The notes below the pieces were generated by a model that was given only the letters and a program-made list of their open reading frames with translations, searched no databases and was not told the origin of the DNA. A stretch of DNA of 63,908 bases, counting the filler, from Basidioascus undulatus (lineage: Eukaryota): assembly GCA_000826855.1 (NCBI GenBank). It is 19 parts of 19 records of this genome, joined end to end, with 100 filler letters (N's around TTAATTAATTAA, not from the genome) between each part and the next. Parts side by side here need not be neighbours in the genome. Positions count along the whole stretch, not along the records: positions 1 to 2,147 come from JTLS01002872.1; positions 2,248 to 4,461 come from JTLS01002873.1; positions 4,562 to 6,771 come from JTLS01002874.1; positions 6,872 to 9,075 come from JTLS01002875.1; positions 9,176 to 11,379 come from JTLS01002876.1; positions 11,480 to 13,680 come from JTLS01002877.1; 13 more parts are not named here. One strand, 5' to 3'. The position numbers and the translations under genes were made by a program. Of the stretch, positions 1-11,572 are shown one piece after another. Each line of letters opens with the position of its first letter. Position 1 is the stretch's first letter.

Positions 1-520
1 AGGGCGTCATGGCGCGCGTGGCCTTCAGAGTGGGTGTGGGGGTGCGGGTGGGGGTGTTTTGGGCCCCGCGGCAGCTGGAGCAGCCGGTCGGGCCGGTCGT
101 TGTTGGGCAACTTGATGGACGGCGTGGAAGGCGTGGAAGACTTGCGGCGCTCTCGAAAGCCTGATGACAGGGAATGGCTGCTGCTGGCCGAAGTCAGTCA
201 GTATCCATCCTCCCATTTCAGAACAAGCCGACAAAGACGCACCCGCAAAGAAACTTGTGTGCAGCCATCGCCATATTCCCGACCCACGGCAGCCCGCACC
301 CCAGATGTCCGTCCGCCCCGTCGTCGCAGTCTCCATTGCTATTACTATTGCTCCTGTTGCCCGACCTTGTCGTGCGCCGCGACAAACCCTTGCGTTGCGC
401 GAGCGCGACGGTATCGGTCGGGACGAGCGGGATGTGGTGTTCCTTCCGCTCTGCGAACGACGCCGGATCAGCGCGAGGGTAGGCCTTCAGGGACGGCTGC
501 TCTCGACACGGCGGAGAGCG
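1..520 (-). CDS. Possible fragment of a spliced hypothetical protein, running off the window edge
   Basis: Coding-like frame ...DCDDGADGHLGCGLPW, then a candidate GT..CTGAC..CAG intron (about 283-163), then FRERRKSSTPSTPSIKLP...; no family recognised. Confidence 0.25.
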
Positions 521-1177
521 GGGGTGCGAGTGATGTAGGGCCCTTTCGAGCGCGGCGAACCTGTTGCGTCGACCTATCAGTAACAGCTCGAAGGATAGGG
601 GAGATCTTGCGCGCACGCATGAAAGTGCGCGCCATGGTGGGATGCCGCTGGCGACGGCGCAGTCGACGTGCCCATGAGGAGAGCGATAATGGCAGGCAGG
701 TTTGATCGATGACTGCGCAAAGAAGAGCGACGAACGCATGTCGAAAAGAAAATGAACGTAAACGTCACAGGTACGAGTGACGAAGCGAGCGCGAAAAGGG
801 CCGCATCACAGCGAAAGTAAAGTCAGCGAACCGATGAGCGCACACGCGCCCTGAACTCTACCAGAAGCCTGGCGAGGCTCAAACGCAAGGCAATGTGATG
901 TCTAGCGGTGCTCGAAACTCGAAACTTGAAATTCGAAAAAGAAGAAGGCAGGAAGTGCTACAACGAACCCGGACGATCGAAAAGCGGAAAGCGCGGGAGT
1001 ATAGAAATGCGATGCAGGACAAGACGGGATGGGAGTACAGACAGGCCGAAAGATGAAATGCGGACGAAGACGATGCCGAAGTCGAGCGAAGACGGGAAGG
1101 GCGAGATGCGGGTCAGGTGAATGGTGGATTGGGAGCGGTGAAGGGATGGTGAGGACGCGAGACGAGGGTGGAGGGGC

Positions 1178-2147
1178 TCAGTCAAGGCGGGGGATCGTGA
1201 CTGCGCCGGCGGAAACAGAAAGAGTCAGCACAACACCATGGGGAACGCGGCATTCTGCAGGGGAAATTAAATGAAACGCACTCCAGTCCACGTACGTCCA
1301 CCGCCCCTCCTGGTGGCCGGACAGCGTGTCGTCCATGACGATCGCGTTGCGGTTCTCGACGTAGTCTGTTCCGCGCGCATATCAGCATCGTCTCCTCTCT
1401 CCAGCAAGAGTCCTGCAGGGAGGAACGCACTGGTCGCGTCGAGGACCTGTTGCCGCAGCTGAGGGATGGTCTCCGCTAAAAATTGCGAGGTGTCAGATCT
1501 TCGCATCCCGCGCTTAGATGATGCAGATCGGCAGGACTCACGCTCAATCGGCTTCTCCAGCAGCTCGGAGAGCTGCTCGACCGCGCGCTCGAGGTCGCGC
1601 TGGTTGTCCTGTTGACACGAAAACACGAGACACCATGTCAGCTTGCGTGCGTTTAGCGTGCAACGCGGGAGGATGTCGCACCTCGAAGAGCTCAGTCATA
1701 GAGTTACGCTCGAGGTAGAACGCCATGGCGTACGTCCACTTGAGCGTCATCCGGCACTTGGTCACCGCCTCGACAGCCTTCTTCGCGAACTGGACCTCGA
1801 TCCAAGTCAAGCTGCGCGCATCGCATCCCACACCAATCAGCCTCGCGCCCTGCATCCCTGCATCCCTAAATAGACAAAAAAAAAAAAGGGATAACGCACC
1901 TCGACGACCGCTGCATCTCCTCCATCTTCTTCTCCGTCTTTGCGTACAGCTCGCGGTCGAGCTTGGCCGACTGCTCGTGGTTCGCAAAGCGGTTGTAGTA
2001 CTACAAATCCGGCGCAAAAAATGTCAGCCAGGCAGACTATGAGACTATGAGAAAGTTATGGACGGAGAGGGAGGGGGGAGGGCGGGTCTTTGAAGAGGTT
2101 GGAAGAGACGGACTGGTACTGAGGTGATCTTCCTCTCACTGACGCGC
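1178..2147 (-). CDS. ARI1: Ariadne-family RBR E3 ubiquitin ligase (ARI1/HEL1-like), C-terminal Ariadne domain, 5'-truncated, multi-exon
   Basis: Spliced exons read YYNRFANHEQSAKLDRELY..., LTWIEVQFAKKAVEAVTKCRMTLKWTYAMAFYL, DNQRDLERAVEQLSELLEKPI; stop TGA at 1178-1180. Confidence 0.88.
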
Positions 2148-2247
2148 NNNNNNNNNNNNNNNNNNNNNNNNNNNNNNNNNNNNNNNNNNNNTTAATTAAT
2201 TAANNNNNNNNNNNNNNNNNNNNNNNNNNNNNNNNNNNNNNNNNNNN
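2148..2247. other. Artificial contig spacer N44-TTAATTAATTAA-N44 (first of 18; others start at 4462, 6772, 9076, 11380, 13681, 15981, 38828, 41098, 43392, 45681, 47969, 50254, 52538, 54814, 57089, 59363, 61637)
   Basis: Identical 100-nt block with stops in all six frames; genes are cut at it; flanking contigs mostly decrease in length from about 2214 to 2172 nt. Confidence 0.98.
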
Positions 2248-2801
2248 TACGTCCCCGCGGGTGGGGCGGCGTAGGAGGCTGGTGGGGGAGGAGGGGACGT
2301 GTACAGGCCGGGCGGGGGCTGCATTGTGCGTGTGTCGCTGCATGGGTTGTGTAACTCGCGTGAGTTATCCCAGAGAACGCCATGTTACACAGATTTACGC
2401 ACATGGATTCTCAATATTCTCAGCTGCGGTTTCAACGCACAAGTCGGAGAGCGAGAACGCGCCGAGCATGAGACGCGTCGGCTCGGCCAGTTCCAGTTCG
2501 TCTGTGCACGCACCGCTACGCAGCAGTACAGCGTCAGAGCATCAATAGTCGTGTATCCCCTCCAGCGCTGTTCGCTGTTCGCTGTTCGATGTGCTCGAAA
2601 CGCTATCGGAATAAGTTGTGAGCCAGACGATACAGATGAAGGGTGCGAGGAGGTCATCTTGAGTTGCTCACACGCGCTATCGCGGGCGTCCAGCCGCGGA
2701 TGATCCGGACACACCCCGGTTCATCCGCCCCCTCGCCTTTGGCTCGCGACCTACTTCCATCGCCCCCCACCTTCGCCACGACCACGACCACCCACATTAT
2801 C

Positions 2802-4461
2802 ATGCCCCGCGACCGCTCACGTTCCAGAGACCGCGAACGCGACCGCGATTACGACCGTGACCGTGACCGCGATCGCCGCTACCGGGACAGCTCACGCGAC
2901 AGGGACCGCGAGCGCGAGCGGCGGTCCCCGCCGCGGTCGCGCTCGCGCAGCCCGGACAGGAAGCGGCGGCGCGATAGGGATCGGGACGATTCGGACGATG
3001 AGCGGCGGGCGCGCCGCAAGCGGGAGGAGAAGGAGGCGAAGCGGTGCGCTGCTTGGCCCAGTGGTCTCCATCCCAGAGTGGCTGAGCCTGAAGCTGAATT
3101 GCAGGGTGGGTGGAAAACAGGGCCGAGAAGGAGCGCCGGAGGGAGGAGAAGCGCAAGGCCGCGGAGGAGGAGGCGAGGGAGATCGCCGAGCTCAGCATGT
3201 ACTCTGCTACCGACAACCCGTGCGTCCCATATCTCCCTCTTTCATTTCGGGCTGTGGGCTGACGCGCCCGCTGCAAAGGTTCAACGACGCGAATCTCAAT
3301 TCGCAGTTCAAGTGGGCCAAGAAGGCCGAGAAGGAGCGCAAGCAGGGGCTTTCCTCTGCCGAAGCTGCGCGTCGAGACGCGGAGCGGCGAGCAGAGGCGA
3401 AGGTGCGCTTCTCTCTTCCCTCTTCCCTTCCCTCTCCCTCCCGCTCCTAACGCTCACCCCCATCTCCACCCACACACAGGAGGAGCTCGATCGCCTAAAC
3501 AAGCGGCGCGCCGAGCGCGAGGTGGAGCTGGCCCTCCGTGAACAAGAAGAAGCGCGGATGCAGCGCTTGTCGGAGTCCGCGCAGATGGCGGAGTGGATCG
3601 CGAAGGAGGACGACTTCCACCTCGAGCAGGCGCGCAAGCGCGCGGCGATCCGCTCGCGCGAGAACCGCGCAAAGCCCATCGACTTCCTCGCGCTCAACTT
3701 GAAGTTCGCGAACCCGCCGCCTGAGGGTCAGGAGGACGACGAGGAGCTCGAGAAGGCGGGGCTGGAGGTGGATTTGGATGAGCCGCACAAGATCCTGGAG
3801 GTGCGTTTGGGAGACGGTCTCTTTCGAGGCTGTGGGAGGTGCTGATGAGGTGGTGGTGGATCAGAACATCACGCTGGAGGAGACGGAGGAGCTTCACGCC
3901 GACATCCGGATGTATCTCGACCTCGAGAAGAACGAGTCGAACCTCGACTTCTGGCGGGTGTGTATCTCTCCCCTTCTCCCCCTCACCTTTCCCCCTTTTC
4001 ATCTCCACACCACCCTCCCTCCCACAGGCAATGCTCGTAGTCTGCGAGGACAAGCTGGACACGCAACGGGCGCAGCGCCGGGGCGGGTACACCGCGGCGG
4101 AGGCGTCCGTCCAGGCGGAGATCAACGCGCTCCTCGGGGGCAAGAACTACGCGCAGCTCGTCGCGCTCCAGCAGAACGTGCAGGCCAAGCTCGGCAGCGG
4201 CGAGCCCGTCGACGTCGACTACTGGGAGGGGCTACTGAGGAGCTTGCTGGTTTGGAAGGCGAGGGTATGTGTTTCTTCCTCCCACCCCTCTTCTCTTTCG
4301 CGTCCACAGCCCATCGGAGAGAGAGAGAGAGAGAGGCTGACGTTCCCCGCCCACCCAGGCCAAGCTCTCCGATATGCACGCCGTCGTGCTCCAGAACCGG
4401 CTGGAGCAGCTCCGGCGGCGGCAGCGGGACGAGGCGCTGCGTGCGCAAGCCGAGCTCGAGG
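2802..4461 (+). CDS. CACTIN: Cactin (spliceosome-associated protein), 3'-truncated, about 7 exons
   Basis: RD/RS-rich N-terminus, YSATDNPFNDANL, WIAKEDDFHLEQARKRAAIRSRENRAKPIDFLALNL, SGEPVDVDYWEGLLRSL; canonical introns. Confidence 0.92.
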
Positions 4462-4561
4462 NNNNNNNNNNNNNNNNNNNNNNNNNNNNNNNNNNNNNNN
4501 NNNNNTTAATTAATTAANNNNNNNNNNNNNNNNNNNNNNNNNNNNNNNNNNNNNNNNNNNN

Positions 4562-5749
4562 AGAGGGGGTGTGAGCGGATGAGAGGAGGATATCCAGTTC
4601 GCCGGTTGTGAGGACGCAGTCGACGTCGCGCGTTTGGTAGACCGAAGAGTAGAAGTCGGACCGAGATGCTTCGAGCTTCTTGTCGTAGCAGGGCATGATC
4701 GTGACGTGGTAGATCTCATCAGGGCTGGCGGGACGAGGGGATGAGTCAGCGTGCGAAAGGGCAAGGTACGCGGGAAAGGAAGGAGGGGAGGGAAGGAGAG
4801 AAGAACGCACCTCTTCCCCAACTGCTTCGCGTACCACTCCTTCACCAGCACGCCCATCACCTGCTGCGGGCTCTTCGCCCTGCTCACGAAGGGCAAAAGC
4901 TCCCCATGCGTCTTCTCGGCATAGCACACCCACCCCGGGCAGGCGCTCGCCAACATAGGCAGCTGCTCCCTCCCCCCCTTCTGCACCCGCTCCTCGTACT
5001 CCTTCTCCACCTCCCGCAAGGCAAGATGGCGCGCGAACGTCGTATCGAACACGGCGTCGAAGCCGAGCGCGCGGAGGTGGTGCGCTACCCGTCTGAAGAG
5101 GATGGGGAGCGGGGGGGGCGAGAGGAGGGAGGCGGAGAGGGAGGAGAGCGATTGGGGGGAGAGGGAGGCGACGGCAGTTTTACGGGGGGTGGGCGAGGAG
5201 GAGGTGGGGGAGAGGTGCGACAGGACTTCGAGGTGCGATTGCATGGTGATGAGCACGGATTCGGCAGAAGTGATGCAGCCGCTGGCAGGTGGGAGAGATG
5301 AGATATATGCTGGATGGGAAGGGAAGGGGGAGGGAGGAAGACGCACGAGCAAGCCAAACAATCATTCAGCGTGATCTCCGCCTTCTGCAACTTCTGCTTC
5401 TCGCCCACCCCCCGTCCATCCTGCCCCTTCACACGCGCATAGTACTCCCCCGTCTCATCGATGCTGATCTCCGTCTTTCCTCCGCCGACCACACCATTAG
5501 TTCCCATGCCCACGAACGGAAGATGAGAGGGGAAGGGGACGAACGGCAGCCCCGCCCGGGATCGGCGTGGCTGACGGGTCGGAGGCAGGGGCGGCCTGCT
5601 CGACGGGCTTGATGCACTCTTGCGCGGGGGTGATGAAGTCGTTGAGGTCTGCGAGGGTCTGTCCCGCCCCGCCCCCACGCACACGATCAGCACCCTACAC
5701 CTGCCTCGGAGCGGGTGGCGCAGCGCACGAGAGCTCCGGAGAACGCCAT
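4562..5749 (-). CDS. NAR1: Cytosolic Fe-S cluster assembly factor Nar1 (iron-only hydrogenase-like), 3'-truncated
   Basis: [85 protein letters not shown]. Confidence 0.95.
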
Positions 5750-6083
5750 TGCGGATTTGGAGAGCGCGGATGGGGGTGCAGACGCCCGCCTGGTTTTGCG
5801 TGTGTCTATGTGTGAGATGTGCGGAGTGTAGAGAGGGGTGTGTGAAACGTGGCGATGGTGGAATGGGAAAGAGAAGACGAGCGAGAGGGAGGAGATTGAT
5901 AACGTGAGCCATTGCTGTCAGTGTCAGCTTGCAGTTGACATTTGACAGCGACGGCCACCCCGGGGGTCGCGTTCCTCCTTTCTCCTTCCTCCCTTCTCCC
6001 GCTTGCTTTTCTTCCGTCCACAACAACCCATTGCCCCAGACGCCCACAGGGTCTTCCTGCTCTGCATCTTGGATCGACCAACC

Positions 6084-6771
6084 ATGGACCCCGAACCAAC
6101 GGAAACCCTCACCTCGACGCGTGCGTCGTCGGATCTTATCCCCATCCCTCTCACCCCGCTCACACGCCCGCGCCACAGCATCGCGAGTGGACTATGAGCG
6201 CCTCCAGGTTTGTCCTCACCTCTATCTCCATTCACCGATCAACGTATCTGACCCTCACTCTGTGCATCGAAGCGCGAGTCCCTCGCCCAGACACACAAAC
6301 TCGACACCCTCCTCCAGCGCGTACAGGCGCTCGACGCAGAGAACCGGCGGCGCTCGCTGTCCCTGTGCGCCTCCCTCTCCCTTTCGCTCACCCCTTCTTA
6401 CCCCACTCACACCCCTTATTCTGCATTCCCCCCCTAGGACCCCCCTTCCCTCCCGCCCGCCGGAGATCGGCGTCGACTCAGACGCGTCGATGGACCTCGA
6501 CATGGACACGACATCCGAGTAAGCCCCTCTCCCTTCCCCTCTCTTCATTCCCTCACCCCCTACCCACAGCTTCTCATTCGCCGACACGTCCGTCTCCAGC
6601 GTCTCCTCCCACAACCCGAGCACGCCCCTGCGCGTGCGTCCCTCCCCTCTCCCCTTCTTCCTCCTCCCATCTCTCCCCTCCCCTCCCTCCGTCCTCCGAA
6701 ATCTCACCATCCTCCTCCGCACAGTCGAACTACACCATGGCGACCACTGACAAGATCTCTGTCCTCCTCAA
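6084..6771 (+). CDS. Hypothetical spliced protein with a coiled-coil segment, 3'-truncated, divergent from NAR1
   Basis: ATG at 6084; exons MDPEPTETLTST|..VDYERLQ|RESLAQTHKLDTLLQRVQALDAENRRR separated by GT-AG introns. Confidence 0.45.
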
Positions 6772-6871
6772 NNNNNNNNNNNNNNNNNNNNNNNNNNNNN
6801 NNNNNNNNNNNNNNNTTAATTAATTAANNNNNNNNNNNNNNNNNNNNNNNNNNNNNNNNNNNNNNNNNNNN

Positions 6872-8506
6872 CCCATCTCCCTCTCCTCTACCTCCTCCCG
6901 CGCCGCTCTCCCCGTTCTCCGGCCGGCGCTTCGCCATCATCATAGACGCCGGCTCGTCGGGCTCGCGCGCCCAGATCTACTCCTGGCCCGCCAACGCCGG
7001 CAGGCACGGCAAGGGCCTGCCCCGGATCGAGCTGGGGCTCGGGCGCGAACTCGGCGAGGTCGCGGATGCGGAGGGGGAGGTCAAGACTGGCTGGAAGGTC
7101 GAGCCTGGTGAGTGTAGGGTGCTTGGGTGCGTGGGGCGTGGGCTGGGATGCTCAGGGGAGTCGATGGCACACACACAGGCATCTCTACGCTCGAGCCCAG
7201 GCAGGATGTGCTTGAAGAATACCTCGCGCAGCTGCTCAAGCCCGCGCTCGCGCTCCTCCCGCCGTCCGCGATCCCCTCAACGCCAATCCACATCCTCGCA
7301 ACAGCCGGCATGCGCCTCCTCCCCGACGCCCGCCGCTCCGCCCTCCTCCGCGCCGCGCGCTCCGCCGTGCGCGCCCTCGCGCCCCTCGCGCCCGCGTCCT
7401 CCGACGTCCGTGTTATCTCGGGCGAGGAGGAGGGCCTGTTCGGCTGGCTCGCCGTCAACTACCTCATGGATGGCTTTGAGGGCCCGCACGGGCGCGGGAC
7501 GTGGGGGTTCTTGGACATGGGCGGGGCGAGCACGCAGATTGCCTTTGAGCCCCGGCGGGGGTGGGGAGAGGGAAGGGAGAAAGACGGGGAGGGGATGGTT
7601 GAGGTGGGGTTGAGGATGCTTGACGGGCGGGTCAAGAAGCACAGGGTCTTCGTCACCACCTGGCTCGGGTACGGCACAAACCAAGCCCGGCAGCGGTACG
7701 TCGATGCGCGGGTCGCAGCAGACGGCAAAGAGGAGGAGTCCTCCGACCCGACGCACCCACTCTCGAACCCGCCGACGCTCCTCGATCCGTGTCTCCCGCC
7801 CTCGCTCGCGCTCGCCGAGCACTCGCCGTCCTCCTCCCCCGCGGCGCACACGCACACCTTTCTCGGCACGGGCTCGTTCGGCGCATGCCTGCAGTTCCTC
7901 CACCCGCTGCTCGAGAAGGAGTCGCAGCGGTGCGCGCACCCGCCGTGCCTCTTCGGCGGGCAGCGCGTGCCGCCCATTGACTTCACCCTCTCCCGCTTCG
8001 TCGGCGTGTCCGAGTACTGGTTCTCCTCCGAGCACATCTTCGGCCTCGGCGGCGCATGGGACCTCGTCCGCTTCGAGCGCGCCGCGGCGGACTTTTGCGC
8101 GCGCGGCTGGGACGAGACAGCGCGGGAGTACGAGGACGGGCGCGTCGCTGGCGTCGGGGGGCGGTGGGGCGACGAGGTCGACCTGGGACGACTGCAGATG
8201 CAGTGCTTCAAGGCGGCGTGGATCGTGGAGGTCCTGCATGAGGGGATTGGCCTGCCGAGGATCGTCGACCCCGGCGGGAACGTCACGGAGCCGGGGCGAA
8301 CGCCGGACGAGGAGGGCCGCGAGAAGGCGGAGGACAAGGGCCTCGCGCCGCCGCACGACGCACACGAGCCGGCGTTCCAGTCCCTCAACACGATCAACAG
8401 CGTCCCCATATCCTGGACGCTCGGCGCCGTCCTCCTCGCCGCGAGCGACTCCCCCTCCCCTTTCGTCTCGTCCTCCTCAACGAGCCGAATGGAATGCACG
8501 AGCTAA
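6872..8506 (+). CDS. YND1: Golgi apyrase, GDA1/CD39 nucleoside phosphatase family (Ynd1-like); 5'-truncated, expected C-terminal TM/tail not seen
   Basis: Apyrase conserved regions IIIDAGSSGSR, LATAGMRLL, ISGEEEGLFGWLAVNYL, FLDMGGASTQIAF, SWTLG; also FVGVSEYWFS and QCFKAAW. Confidence 0.92.
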
Positions 8507-8525
8507 ACGGCTTGGTCCCGCCCAG

Positions 8526-9075
8526 ACCCCTACCGCAAAGACACTTCCTTCCTCGCAATCAACCCGAAGGGGCTTGTCCCAGCCTTTGCGATCGACGGGA
8601 AGCCGCTTTACGAGTCGCTGATCAGTTCGTCTTCTTCCTCCCTCTCTCCACCCCACCTATCCCCTGCCTTCCCTTCCCTTCCTTTCCCTCTTCCCTCTTC
8701 CCTCCTTCTCCCCTTCCCCTCCGCCTTCCTCTCCCTCCCTGCCCTCTGTCCTCTCTTCCCCCTCCGTCCTTCATTTTCCTCAAAAACTGACCCCTCCCCC
8801 CTTAGTGCTGGAGTACCTCGAAGACGCCTACCCCACCTCCCGCCCCCTTCTCCCCACCAACCCCCTGTCGAAAGCGCACACGCGCCTCTGGATCGACCAC
8901 GCCTCCAAGCGGCTCATCCCGACCTTCTTCCGGCTCATCCAGACGCAGTCCCCTGCCGCGCGAACCGCCGAGCGCGCAGCGCTGGTGCAAGCGCTGGAGG
9001 CGCTTACGGGGGCGAGCCCTGGGCGGGTCGGAAGGGAGGGCGGGAGCAGGTTTTGGGAGGAGGAGAGGGACGAGA
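8526..9075 (+). CDS. Glutathione S-transferase, internal exons only
   Basis: Exon 8526-8624 PYRKDTSFLAINPKGLVPAFAIDGKPLYESLI spliced to LEYLEDAYPTSRPLLPTNPLSKAHTRLWIDH. Confidence 0.88.
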
Positions 9076-9400
9076 NNNNNNNNNNNNNNNNNNNNNNNNN
9101 NNNNNNNNNNNNNNNNNNNTTAATTAATTAANNNNNNNNNNNNNNNNNNNNNNNNNNNNNNNNNNNNNNNNNNNNCCCCCCTCTGCGCCCCGGAGGCGCA
9201 GGTTACCGTATGCTCCGTAGTAGAGGCCGACAGTGCCACGGTCAATTACCTTCATGTATTCATTCTTCCTTCTCAAATTCTCAAGACTGTTCCACCAAAT
9301 CAACAAGATATCTGGAATAAGCAATCCAAAAGACGTGAGCACGGTGAAAGGATATCAAACATTATGAAAAAGACATACGGCATGAAATTGCCACGATAAT

Positions 9401-9996
9401 CTAGCACTCGAAGGCGCACTAGTAAGTCGTCTGCTCGGTCGTCGAGAGGCCGTTCCAGGCCGACCCGCCATTTGTTCGGGTGCAAGACGGGTCCCTGGTC
9501 ATGTCGACCTCCGGTTCCGAAGCGTATTTGAAGTGGACGTAGTCGCACAGAGCGCCATCGCCTGCGGACCCAGAGCATCGGTGTGCGTCAGTCTCGCTTC
9601 TCCCTCTTGCTCCGCAAAATCGTAGGCGGAGTCTCCCACTTACCACTCGGACCACACTTGCTGGGGTTGCTCAAAACGGCGTACGGGAACTCAGAGTAAA
9701 TGGGAGCGTTCTGGTTGTTCTTGAGGTAGCCTTCGCCGATCTGCTTGCGGTACGCGTCGATGACCCGGGCCATGACGCTGATGTTGGAGCCGTTGCTGAA
9801 CTGATGCGCATGCTTGCACGAGGCGCAGTTGTCCCGGGTTGGCAGAACCAACAAATGAACTATTGACTGGTTCACAGATCCACACTGTGTCAGTAAGCCT
9901 CAACCAGCATCGGAAAGCTGAAGGGGCGCACCCTCAAAGGTGCAGGGGGAGGAGGAGAGCGGCGAGGGAGGTGGTGGTGAAGTGCATGACGACCAT
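9401..9996 (-). pseudogene. Small secreted cysteine-rich protein gene, disrupted
   Basis: Signal-peptide-like MHFTTTSLAALLLP; two GT-AG introns; DNCASCKHAH...SKCGPS|GDGALCDYVHF...DPSCTR...TTY*CAFEC*; reconstruction needs two 1-nt frameshifts and passes an in-frame TAG. Confidence 0.55.
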
Positions 9997-11298
9997 GGGA
10001 GGTAAGGGATATGGGAGACTTTAGAGGGTAGTTAGTAAAGAGTGAGAGGCGATTCAGGTGGGTAGGGATGGGGAAACGGGATGGACGCCGTGTCGCAACT
10101 CGCCAGTTCTTATAATGCCTCGCTTGCTTCGGAATATGGATCTTGAGTACAGTCTCCAAGCCGCTATAACGGTTCCTTTTGTGGCAGTGCTTGGGGAATA
10201 AAGAAACACAGCCGTACAACATCACAAAGCAGCCAATGCAGTGCAGTCTGCAGCGTAGTAATCGAAACGCGATCACTGCCGCTTCAACATCTACCTACGC
10301 ACCCAAGCACACGTGCTAATGATATACGGCCAAATACGATGCCCGCAAGAACGCCAAGTCCGAGGCCCAGTGGTCGTCTCATGAGAGTAGGTAGGATAAA
10401 GGTGGACCGGATGGAGCGGACCGACTCCGAGAGACGATTCACATTGACCTCACAGCACATTATTCACTACTATATCACAGTACTATAACCGCAGTGGATG
10501 TTCATAAATATATGTTCATTGGCGGTAGTGGCTTGGACCAAGCTGCCGTGAGGGGAAAGGTAGCCACACGCTATCTGTGGCGCCTTAGGACTGCAGAGGG
10601 GAGACAACCGGCGAGAGTGTCGAAACGAGGGCATTTCCCCATCAACATTGAAGTACTGAAGCTCTTCCACACAACATGTTGTTTACTATAGAAGCACTGA
10701 GGTGCCAGTTCCCAATCAGGCCAAATACATCAAGACTGGATATCGATGTTCACCAGCGTACCAAGGCTCTTGTGAAGTTACGCCCCCGACGTGTTGGAAT
10801 TGCGCGTGCGATCTTAAGCTTAGAGCAGCTTGTCACGAGTGTTACACATTGTAAAGCCTTTATAGTCTGGGTTTCAGTAAATTGTTCAAAGGATGCTTTG
10901 GAATGACTCTGTGATGTGCTGCACAACGCACTTGAGCAGGAGCGGCATTGTCGTTGGACTGCTACTGTGGTACTTCGTGGTACGGGACTTCATGTGGTGT
11001 GCATGAAAGCTTCAAAAGAGTGTAGTACGGACTGAATCTTCAAACCACAAAGCCTTTCAGGCACTTGTAAGTCCTGAACTGATAGCGTGGGCAAACGCAG
11101 TCTGTGCTAGTACTCCCGATATAATTTTGGTGCTTCAAGCACAGAGCTGCAAAATAAATCGATCATGAAGTTCCAAGGCATGACACATATCCAAAGGAAG
11201 AATTTTCTAGCAAGCACGTTCTTGTACAAGTCCGCTCGGTCACTCTTCGAAGAAAAGAAGCTTGACCCTCGCACTCCTCCTAGTTCCCGTTTCCTCCA

Positions 11299-11379
11299 CC
11301 ATTGCCCCCATTGCCGCCGTTTCGGCCCCCATCGCCTCCATTGCCCCCCCTCCTGCCCCCATTGCCGCCCCCATTGCCA
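11299..11379. repeat. Degenerate tandem repeat of CCCCATTGCC(G) at contig end
   Basis: Five to six imperfect copies of CCATTGCC/CCATCGCC. Confidence 0.6.
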
Positions 11380-11572
11380 NNNNNNNNNNNNNNNNNNNNN
11401 NNNNNNNNNNNNNNNNNNNNNNNTTAATTAATTAANNNNNNNNNNNNNNNNNNNNNNNNNNNNNNNNNNNNNNNNNNNNCTTCCGCCCCCATCCTCATAC
11501 CCCCATCTCTCGCCTCCTACCCATCCCCCCCTCTTTCTTCCCTGCGATGCTAACCCGCTCCTCCGCGGCCAG

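Noticed and set aside
4562..5749. [FeFe]-hydrogenase in a fungus
   Set aside because: Motifs and N-terminus match the universal eukaryotic Nar1 assembly factor
10100..11300. Transposon relic in the lower-GC tract
   Set aside because: No transposase or RT motifs, terminal repeats or target-site duplications could be identified by eye
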